Assembly (NCBI GenBank): GCA_039096225.1
Contig: JBBPEB010000003.1
Span: 558,001-622,000, forward strand
Direction: 5' to 3'
DNA length: 64,000 nt
DNA from: Blastocystis sp. Blastoise
Taxonomy: Eukaryota > Protista > Bigyra: Opalinata
The notes under the pieces are model-generated. The model worked only from the letters and a program-made list of their open reading frames with translations, made no database searches and was not told the DNA's origin. The first letter of the stretch is position 1. The number at the start of each line of letters is the position of its first letter. Positions 1 to 14,900 of this stretch are shown in pieces. Both the position numbers and the translations under genes were made by a program.

Positions 1-52
1 TATATATCTATTTTTTCTCACTATATATACCTATATATACTTTTATATATAG

Positions 53-4253
<4,201 letters not shown>

Positions 4254-4799
4254 GTATGCTGATATATATATATATATATGTATATATTTTTTATTGTTAT
4301 TTTATTATTCTTTCATATATATATATACATATTAAATGAAACTGGGTTGAATATAGGTATCAAGAAGTACCTAAATGTGATTAAAAAGTTGAATAGTTTC
4401 TTTTCTTCTGTCTTTTGTATATTAATGCTTAAAGTAATTATTTCATTGCTTCGTTTAGTTTGAATATGTTTGATGGCTTATATCAAATAAATGATAGCTT
4501 TATTTGCTCATTTATAAAGACATTTTTTGTATTTAGGTTAACTTTGTCAAAAATATTATGATTTATGGCCATGTATACAAATAAGGTGAAAAGCCTTTCA
4601 TTCAGTCTGATGACAAAACTCATGAGTATCATATTTTGTTACAAAAAACTTCCTTATGTGTTTGATAAATTCAGCAGAATTAAGCATGGCTGAAAAAGTG
4701 TCACAAAATTTGGTGGCAAGTGTCACCAAAGTCAGGAAAGGACTGACTATTTGATTATTTTTAAAACTTCAGTCATTCTTTAAAAATTTCAATGATAAT

Positions 4800-7700
4800 T
4801 TCATTCTTTTGTTAAAGATTCAAATCAGAATAAGATTATTGCCTATAATATTTTTTCAAACTTGCTTTCTATCTGCTTTCTGAACTAATAATGGTTTATC
4901 ATTAAGATTCATATTGGTTTTTGTTGCATTGTGAACTCCTCTTAAATACTAGTCAATATCTACTACATGATGATTTCCCATTGTTTGTTGATTGCTTTGT
5001 TACGTACTTGCTCGTTATGATCAGTGTTCAATACACATATCTTACAATGTGCTACGTGATGGATACTTATCAGTTACTTATTCTTGGAATGATTACTTGC
5101 AATGTATAATTTTATGAATATTTACAGTTTGTTGCCTTCCATTTATTATTTACATCTGATTTGGTTACTCACCAAACTTCCTTACTTCTCTTCTTGAATT
5201 AGTATACTCATTTTTCTTTTTGTAACTTTGCGATTAATGAGATCTTTATTTATGTTGTTTGTATGTTTGATTTTATTCGACTAATGTGCTTTTGATTGCT
5301 TGTTCTACTTTATAAGTGCTAATTATTTTGTTTTTGTTTTTTATTTTTCTGATACTTCCTTTTTTCATACTGTATTATAATGGTATTTATATATAACGAT
5401 GACATTTTCTTATAGATTTACTTATTATGAATTTTCTTATTCTTATTCTAGTATTTAATAAATACTTAAACACTTCATCTCTGCGATTAATACTTACTAT
5501 GGTTACTAACATACATAAGTTTCTACTGAAGATAGTAGCAGATTAGTAACAATTGATGTTTATTTCTTTTCATCCTTAAATCCTTTTGTCTATATTACAA
5601 TATTATCATGTACTCTTATTCTATCAAGTTTACTATTATAAGTTTTTGAATGTTTTAGTATCTTATTGTGTAATTCTTTAATATGCTATTATACAGGAAA
5701 GTATCTATATGATATTTCTTTGTTGTAGTTTTCTGTATAAAATTTTTGAATTTCTTTTTATTCTTTGTATATATTTTCATCTTGGTTAATTATTCTTCAA
5801 CTTCTCTTCATGTTATCGTTAGTCTACTATTATATATTGAATTTTTAGTTATAAACCTTATCTTATTTCCTTATCTTATTTCATCTTTTGTTCTTTTAAG
5901 GTATTATAGCATTACATTAATTGTATTAGTTTTCTGGTTTTTCAGTCTCTTCCTATCTTCTTCGTATGGTATCTTTATATTTATTAGACTCTTCATTTCT
6001 TCTGGTGCTTTTCAATTATTATGTGATCATTCGTAATACTTCACCTGCATGTTCTTTTCCCTTTATTAAAGAGTTTCTAGATGTGCTATTTTTATATTAC
6101 TTTTATATTATCCTTAGTTGATATTCCTTTTTCTCCTATGATAGAATTCTTTATGTTCTTATGTTATTCTAATAGTCGTTTCATATTTCTCTATTAAACA
6201 TACTATGAGATTTAATGACGATTTTCTTTTCCTTTAATAATTACAAATTCCTCACTATTATATATTATTATATATCTTAGTTTTATTATTCTAACAGATT
6301 TATTTTTATATTTGTTTCTATAATTGAAAACATACTCAATTAATTTATTTTCATATTTCATTCAAATATACTCTTCATATACATATTCATATCCTTCATT
6401 TATGGTTTTCTTCGTTTTCTCATGTTCTATATATTATCCCATGGTCTACTTATTTTTGTGCCTATTTTTAATCCTATACTTCCTCATTATCTCTATTTCT
6501 TTATCCACTTTTCTTTTATTTCTAGTGCTTCTATTGTGTATATTGTGTGCTCATTATTAGACTTATTCATTTTAATACTGCTTCATCATTATCTCTCTTC
6601 ATATTCTTTAATGCTCATGTTTATTGTATTTCCTATTTACACAGTTATTATTTCAGAAGCATTTTCCATTTCTTGTCTAAATAATATGGGTTTGAATATT
6701 TTTATTAGTCCTATTTCTTACTATCGTTTTTTATAATTCTTCTCGTTCGTTTCCTTTCTTTTTCTTTCCAACAATTTCTCTCTTGGCACTACTCATCATG
6801 GATTTTAGTAATCAAAGTTAGGATTTGTTCTCATTGTTGTATTACTATTATCTATATACCACAAAAGATATTTTTATTATTTCTCTTCATTCTAAGGTTT
6901 TGCTCTTTTTGTTACTTAAACATATTTATATGGCTACTCTTATTTATTATTATTGTGTACATTCTCTTCTTCTTATTTAATTTTTTATAAAAGCCTAGTA
7001 TCTACACCTTCTATTCCTTCTATTCTTTCTCATTTCTAATTACTCTCATTTTCCAAAAATGATATAATTATATAATAGGATCTATGTCTCCATATTTCTT
7101 TCGTACTGTTATTTAATAAAATACTATCTCTATTTACTTTAAACCATTTCAACTCCCTTTAACTTATTATCTATATACATCTTACATTCATGCTAATATG
7201 AATACTATAATACTATTTGTATTTCTTCTATTTTGTTGAATACGGTTGAGGTAGTTCTCGAATTGTTTATTTTCTAAATTTATTTTCATTTCTATTACTT
7301 TAGATATTATATCTTCTTAAGTGCATATGTACATAATTAATATGCTTATATATATTTACACCTGCTTTTTCCGTTATCAGCCGTTACTTCATATTATTTA
7401 TACAATGTCTAACTATTATATACAATTTACTCCGTTTGTTCTTTTACTCATGATGATATAATATAGAAATCAACTTCTTATTACTTCTTATGGTTTATTT
7501 ATTGTATTTCTATTTATAGATTTATATATATTTTTATACGAATATTGTTCTCTCTTCATGTTATTGTCTTTAAAAATATACTAAAAATAATTATTATCGT
7601 CTCTTCTACTCATTTATCACTGCCGATTATAAATTCAGTTGATATATGCATTCTTCCTTCTTCTTAACTTCAAATTTTATTTACAAGTTTTTAGTTATCT

Positions 7701-8400
7701 TCTTTATGATCTACATATATAAATATATTCTCATTAAGTCTATGTCAATCTTTCCAATAATTTTTCTTCTGATAATCTTTCAAATGCTAACCTTTATATA
7801 ATATCATGAATCTTAATCTAATACTTATTTCATGCTATTATAATATAAAATCCACATTACTTTCTATTATATCATATATTCTAATACTCTTTCGGATATA
7901 TATAATCCCTCATATGATACTTAATATAGATATAACACATCTTGCTCTTTCCTTTTGAATTCATGTATAAATATAAAATTGTTGGTGTAAACGATTTAAG
8001 ATTCCACTTTATATATATGTTTTGGAAAATAGTATATTCTTTAGGAACCAATTGTTATCACTCTCTTTGTGATATTTGATTGATAAGTCAGGTAAATGAT
8101 TTTAGTAGTTATTTGGTTCTTTCTATTGATACATTATGATTGAAAATATATTTTGCTATTTATTTATATATTTAATCTTCTTGATTAGATATACTATTTG
8201 ATTTAAGAAGAGTATACTTTATAGTTGTATATTATACTTTTGATTGAATAAAGATTCTTATTAGTATTGGATATTGTTTTAAAGTATTATACTAGAGAGA
8301 TTAGTATATATGAAATAATTACTTCTAAAATAATATTTATTTTTCATATAAGTAATAATATTTCTCAGTTATTCGTTTGATCTGAATATAATAGTACTTG
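4800..8400 (-). mobile_element. Heavily degenerate non-LTR retrotransposon (APE endonuclease + reverse transcriptase + C-terminal CCHC) remnant
   Basis: Strong strand skew (purine-rich minus strand) and no long ORF. Minus-strand translation gives eroded motifs in the expected order: G-I-L-N (~8000, GDLN-like), NVDFIL (~7850), LSEEKLL (~7770, SDH-like), FKPILF..WKMLLK (~6675, YRPISL..YKIL), KISRPWDNIEHE (~6445, DISKAFDxVxH), SEEFVIIKG (~6250), HAGEV (~6045, YADDV-like), SIHHVAHCK (~5060). Each motif is weak alone; boundaries approximate. Confidence 0.6.
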
Positions 8401-8747
8401 AAAAAGAATATAATTAGAAAAATAATTGAAATATAGATAAAAATTATTAAGGAATAGTGATTCTAATTAAGAAACTATATACTATTGATATAATCAAATA
8501 TATAAAGGAATATTCAATGTCATCTATTTATAATTATATTTAAAAGATAACAGTATATCTTCTTGAGTTAATTAAAACAATACAAATTATAATGTAACAA
8601 TAAAACATTATGGAATACAAATAGTTAATATAATGAAAACAATATAAATATATAAATATTAATAGTAAAAGAAATCAATGTACTTTGTAGTATAAATACA
8701 GTAATTAAGTAGTTGGATTAGATTAGTGATTTTGTTGCTAGATGTTA

Positions 8748-11482
8748 TCAATCGAGTTTCTTTTTCTTTAATTTATCTATATATAATTAAGAATAGATTC
8801 TATATTATGTGAATTATGAATATAATACTTATAATATACATACGCTCTAAAACAGTAGTTATAAGTGATGAAGAATCAATGATATCAGAAGTTAATCCAA
8901 TTGTCATTTGGGTTGTTGGATTAATAGTGTTTCTGTATTTGTTTTTTATATACACGAGATGACTGAAACCGCTCTCACAGAGATATGAAGTTGCAAAGGG
9001 AAGAAAACATTTCTTGGCTATATCATATAATAATGGAAAACGACTCTTATGGCTTATATAGAACTCATCTATTGGTACGTTATTAAATTCTTCTCTACAT
9101 GTTTTATCAGCAAGTAAACAGAAATACTCTTCTTTAACATGAAACTCCATTTTATTTTCGTCAGCTACTTTTGAAAATGGATTAGTAATCCAATATAAAG
9201 AATGATCAATAAGATTAGTTGTTGGTGTATTTTTTGGTTTTTTTATGTTACTATTCGTTTTCTTCTGCTTTTTATTCTTTTGTACTTCTCCTTGATTTGT
9301 ATTATTACTTATTTCATTTGGAATGATTGCCCCAAGAGTTATTATACAATTGATATTAGCCTGAATTATATTTATATTACTAATGATTCCATTGTATTGT
9401 CCTTGAATACTACTATTAGGGAAATTATTAAGAACACCAGAAATACTACCTAAAGTGTATCCATATACTAAATATGGAAAGTCAATTCTAATCGTTACTT
9501 GAGTTTCTATTAATTGCTGAGTAACTATGTCAACATAGGTTATTAAGCCATTTACAACTCCATTTGGAGATACGCAACCTTGTAATGATCCAAGAATATT
9601 AAATTGGTTTGATACTACTGATGTATTGTTATTAACATTACTATTCACTTCATGAGATATATTTGATGTATTATGTGTATTTTCTTGGTCTATTAAATAT
9701 TCATTAAGGTCTTGAAGATACGATTCATCACTACCAATATAATTTAGTATTTCTGGGAAATAATTCAGTAAATTACGTCGAAGAGTTATTAGATGATTTT
9801 TGATATAAAATATGATTGAATTAATATCAAGCTTGGTTGTAGATACATAATCCTTAAGTTTCGTAAATGATGAATAATCGTTATTATTTATTAGTCTTTC
9901 TAATCTCAACGATAATTTTATAAATAAATCCTTCATAATGTCTATTAACCCAAATATATATCTATGCTGTCCTTGCATTGATTTATTACAATCATAGAAT
10001 AAACTGGTAACATCCTCAAGGTATAACATTGAAGCTATGAAGTTAGTATCAATAATGGTGTTATATAAGTCCTTCTTTTCTTTATCCTTTTTTATTACTA
10101 GTGTTATTCCATTTCTAAGTAAATTAAATCTTTTAATTGATGAATGGCATGAAAGCCATCTTGTAGGGCAATAAAGGAGAAGTTTATAACTTCTAATATT
10201 TTTTTCCTTTTTTTCTTCCTTCTTATCATTACTATAAACTTCATGAATATTATTATCTATATTATTATCTGTATCAGATGTATCTAAAAGGGATTCAACT
10301 ACTTTATTATATTCTATCTCTAAAGAAGATATATTATTAGGGGAATCAGGTATGTTATCTTGAGGAGAGAAGATAGAAGAGGTTAATGAATATTCATTAT
10401 CAATATTGTAATTATTGGATTCGTCTTGTCTAACAGCAGACTTCTTTATATATGAAATTATCTCAACAGCACTTTTGAATATATTAGTGAAGTATTTTGG
10501 TAAACAGTTTACACAGAGTTCTTCTCTATGAAGAAAACAGTGGATGAACATACAATTCTTATTCTTCTCTAGTACTCGTGTTTTGAAGGAGTTTTTGTCT
10601 CCATTCATATTCGAAGCACCGTCAAAAGTAGCTGATACGCAATTATTCCACAGAAGGTTATTATTATTAAAGAAATTATCTACCATGTTAAATATATTAT
10701 CACCTGTTTTGGAACTAATCTGAAAAATACTTAAAAATGATTCAGTAAACTTTTTATTATATTCGTATCTAGCATAAACGAGTAAATAGGATTTCATTTC
10801 TATGTCAGTTGACTCGTCAAGCTGAATAGAAAATGATCCTGATTGTCTTATCCTATTTATTACTTCTTGTTGAATTGTCAAAGCAATTTCATCACTTTTT
10901 CTTTTGATACTGCTTGAGGATAACGGAAGATTAGAAAGGACTTTGACATTCTTTAACCTTTCATATTCTTCAATAATAGGTTTAACTAATTTTTCTCCAG
11001 TTCTGTAGCTGTATCCATTCTTTGAAATGGAGTAGGCGATGAAATATGAAAGCTTACTGGATAAATCTGAAAAGCTAAAGAGAGAATTTGAGTATTCTGT
11101 GTTTTCATTATGATCTTTTAAGAGTTCTTGAATGTCATCATATGTGTATTTGCTTAACCCATGTTTATTCTTGAAATGAGTGAAGAGTTTTGAGGCTTCA
11201 TAACCTTTACACGTGAGAGTAGACTCACAGATTAAACAAAAATAGGAGTTTTTTGTTAATTTTTTAAATCCATAAACAACTGGATTGGCATTATATCTTT
11301 TAACTCCTTCTTTTACTTCACTATAATATTTGGATTTAGGATTAATATCTGGTTTATTATTCGTTTCTTCTGTAATTATGTCATCATCTTTTTTTTTTTC
11401 GTCTGTTGTAGACTTGTCAATCTATATATATATATATATATTACTATTAATATACTTGTAATTTTTTAAAGTACTGTTCCAT
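8748..11482 (-). CDS. hAT-superfamily (Buster/Charlie; ZBED5/SCAND3-like) DDE transposase with N-terminal BED zinc finger, about 880 aa, two predicted introns
   Basis: ORF 8800-10881 has FSIQLDESTD (D1), TFDGASNM (D2), IHCFLHRE (CxxH), CPTRWLS and PFATSYLCESGFS (E). The frame stays open upstream to 11421 (CLIC...KLFTHFKNKH BED finger; GEKLVKP; NLPLSSSSIKRK). ATG at 11482, exon MEQYFKKLQ, then a 34-nt phase-0 intron 11422-11455. A probable last intron 8777-8843 gives ...EHKLKKKKLD* with stop at 8748-8750. Confidence 0.92.
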
Positions 11483-11667
11483 GTATTTAAACAATAAAAA
11501 AAGTTTATCTAATATAGAATGTTCTTTTTGGTTTAGCAAAACATTTTCCCTTATATTTTTGTTTTTCCCGTGTTTTCATCACTTAAAATAACTATGAAAA
11601 TCACGGTAATAAAAAAGTAACTTTGTTATTTAAGCGCAAAAATTTTGGTCCTTTCGCTTAACGAGTA

Positions 11668-11685
11668 ACTACGTGGTGACCCCTG
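11668..11685 (-). mobile_element. Candidate terminal inverted repeat at the 5' end of a Buster-type hAT element
   Basis: Top strand ACTACGTGGTGACCCCTG reads CAGGGGTCACCACGTAGT on the minus strand, ~200 bp upstream of the transposase ATG. CAGGGGT/CAGTGGT starts are typical of Buster/Charlie TIRs and stand out in this AT-rich context. Confidence 0.65.
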
Positions 11686-11832
11686 CTTTGTTGTAATGAA
11701 TTCTTATTTGCAAGTAAAGTGATCTATAAAAAGTTTATAATTTTTATATAAAGATTCTGTCAAACAGAATCACTTTTCTGTTTTTTAAATAATTAGGGGA
11801 ATACTGCCTTTATGAAGGACAATCTAAACGTT

Positions 11833-11845
11833 TAAACTCCGGATT
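11833..11845 (+). promoter_or_regulatory. Candidate promoter element TAAACTCCGGATT (copy 1)
   Basis: The identical 13-mer occurs at 55584-55596; both copies lie in short divergent intergenic regions, 124-180 nt upstream of a + strand ATG. Confidence 0.4.
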
Positions 11846-11968
11846 TCTTAATTTTTTGTTTTCGATATAACGAAGTACACAGACTTTATTCTTAAAGTAT
11901 ATATTATTTTCTTCATTTAATATTGTATATATTTTTATATATTTCAAATTTATGACAAATCTCTATAG

Positions 11969-14900
11969 ATGAATTCTTCATTTTTGCTATTGTGTGTGGT
12001 CTTTTTCGCTTCCTTTCTGATGGGCGCACATGCAGAGGTTCCTCTTCAAAACACAGCTTTAAAAGTTGCATTCTTCCGTGTTAATGATTTGAGTGACTCT
12101 TCTATTTGCTCGACAACAGAAACTATTCAGACTTATACTGAATCTATACTTAATTATTTTAAGCTTCTTTTAGGTAATTCGATAACTCTTCCTTCAGAAA
12201 ATATATTTGTCTCTGATTGTATTACTTGTGATTCTACTTGTTATGAATCTACAGATACTGATTTTATGAATCAAATTACAAGTGAAACAACTGGAGATTA
12301 TAATATTAAGATTATATTAACTTCTTCTGGTGGTAATCGTGTTGCTTATTCTTCCCTTGGATCTTTATCCACTTTTACTGGTTATACCTCTCAACCTATT
12401 ATTTTCCCTTATATATCAATACCCTCAACTCTTTCTGAGAAGAATTCGCAAGAATCTCTTCTCTTGTATCATATTTCAAAGACTCTTGGTTTAGGTAATG
12501 CTAGTAAATCTACTTCTACTACAAATACTTTTGAATTCACTCAAACATCTTCTCAAGATGATTATGCTACTTTGATGGGTTCTTCTACTAATGGATGGCT
12601 CTCTATTCCTACTGTTTCTCAATATGTAAATATTATTTCTGAAAAGACTTTATCCTCCCATTGGATTAAAACTGTTGAAAATGGTAGTAGTCAAAAATAT
12701 CGTATACTTGCTTGGGATCATCCTTATTCTAGAACATTCCTTGGTGAATCTCAATCTACTCAAAATGAAGAGGATTCTATTGATTCAATCCTCTTTAAAA
12801 ATCATGTTCTTTCTTTAAATATTCCTATTAGTCAAACAACTATGTATTCTAATTTAGATTCTTCTATTTCTGAAGCTTCTATTCTTTTAGAATATAGATA
12901 TAATCTTGATAAATCTATTGTTGGTGGTGTTGGTAATCAAGGTTCACGTATAGTCTCTGGTATTATTAATAAAGAAGGATATAATGATAATGAATCTATT
13001 TTACTTAATGCTCATATTGATGATATGAATTCTTGGATTGATAGTTCTATTCCTTATGGTGCTACTTGGTATGCTAAAGAATGTGATCTTGGTACTTTAT
13101 ATATTAAAGTTATTAATATACATAATGTCAATACACCTATTACTTCTTCTATGCTTACTGAAGAACGTCAAACTATTAATTCTATTCCTTATATTGATAT
13201 TGAAATTACTTATATTCCTTCTACTCCTTTTACTCCTACTCATCTTCCTGTACCTTCTCTTACTGATTTCTATTTCTCTCCTACTTTAAGTGAATGTACT
13301 ATTAATCAAGATGATGCTACACTTACTTGCTCTTATATTACTTATGATACTTTCCTTATTTCTTTCATTCCTACTGAAACTTTTGGTATTCCTCGTATTT
13401 ATTTTAATAATAATGAATCACCTCTTATTGGTATTTATGGTGTCAATTCTTTCCCTGGTAATGCTATTACTTCTTTTACTGTTGGTTTTGGTAATGAAGG
13501 ATATGGTAAATTCACTTGTACTATTACTTCAGGTACACCTATAAGAGATGTTAATGGAGGTAGTATCATTCAAAGAGTATTAAATGGTAATTTACAATAT
13601 AAATATGGTAATGGAGACGCTGCTGTTACTATTGATGGAGTCTCTTATGCATATACATTATCATCTGATAATCCAATGGATTTCTGGCTTCATATTGCTA
13701 CTGGTACAACTAGTACAAATGTTATTGCTGGAACAGAAAAAATCGCTTTAATGGATCAATATGGTGGTATCACAAATGCTAATCAAAAGGCTACTTATAC
13801 TTATGATGATATACAGGCTGATTTTGTTTTGTTTTGTACTGGATCAGGTACTCCTGGTTTAGCTTTAGGTTTAAGTGACAATAAACCTCAAGGTTTATAT
13901 ATTGGTACAATTACAGATATTCGTGTTTCTGATAATGTGAACGTAAATCATGTTTATATTGATAGACCTGTTTGGAGAGCTACTTCACGTCTTGCCTTTG
14001 AAATTACAAGTGCTTCTACTGTTGTTATTACTCCTGCTTCTATTCCTTCTGGTAAATATACTATTCCTTCTCTTCTTATTGCTCAGAGCTTAGCTGCTAA
14101 TACTTGGCTAACTTATCCTATAGATAAACTTGTTTCTGGAGATTATTTCTTTGTTGATTTCAAAGGTCTTATTCCTTCTTCTCTTCTTATGTATTTACAT
14201 ACTGATTCAGGTATAAAGACTATTGATCTTAATCTTCTTGGAGGTAGAACTGATGTTTCCCTTAAAATTACTTATGAACAATTAATTGCTCTTGGTACTT
14301 TCGGTTCTGTTTCTAGATTCTCTTTCTCTGATACTGTTGTTCTTCATGCTATTCGTCCTCTTTATAGTACTAATTATTATACTGCTAAATCTGTTACTAA
14401 ACCTGCAACTATGGCTACTACAAAGTACAATCTTGGAGTTAGTGCTAATGATAAGAGTTCAATGCGTTTCCAATTACTTGCTGGTACTACTACTATTCCT
14501 GAGACATACACTTTCACTTCTTTTACTTCTACTGTTGATGGTACATCTTTTGAATTTTCTACAATTGATACTTCTTATTCTCTTTCTTATGATATATCTA
14601 ATGTTCATTATGAATTTGAAACATATACTATTGATAATGGTATTGTAGATATATCTCCTCTTCAAACAGATAATGTATCTTCTTGGTCTATAACTCCTGA
14701 ACCTCAAGGTTTCTCTTTTGATACTACTACAGGTATTTTATCTGGTTCTCCTACCATTACTGGATCATTTACTTATACTATAACTGCTTCAAATGGTTAT
14801 TCCACAAAAGATCTTAGTGTTACTTTAATATTCCCTGAAGGTCGTTGTGAAGCTATTGATAATTGGCCTTCTACTGATATTGGTGTAACTACTACTCTTT

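Noticed and set aside
4921-6736. Hydrophobic plus-strand ORFs resembling membrane or mitochondrial proteins (NUMT)
   Set aside because: They arise from the T-rich antisense strand of the decayed minus-strand element; no respiratory-gene motifs are present.
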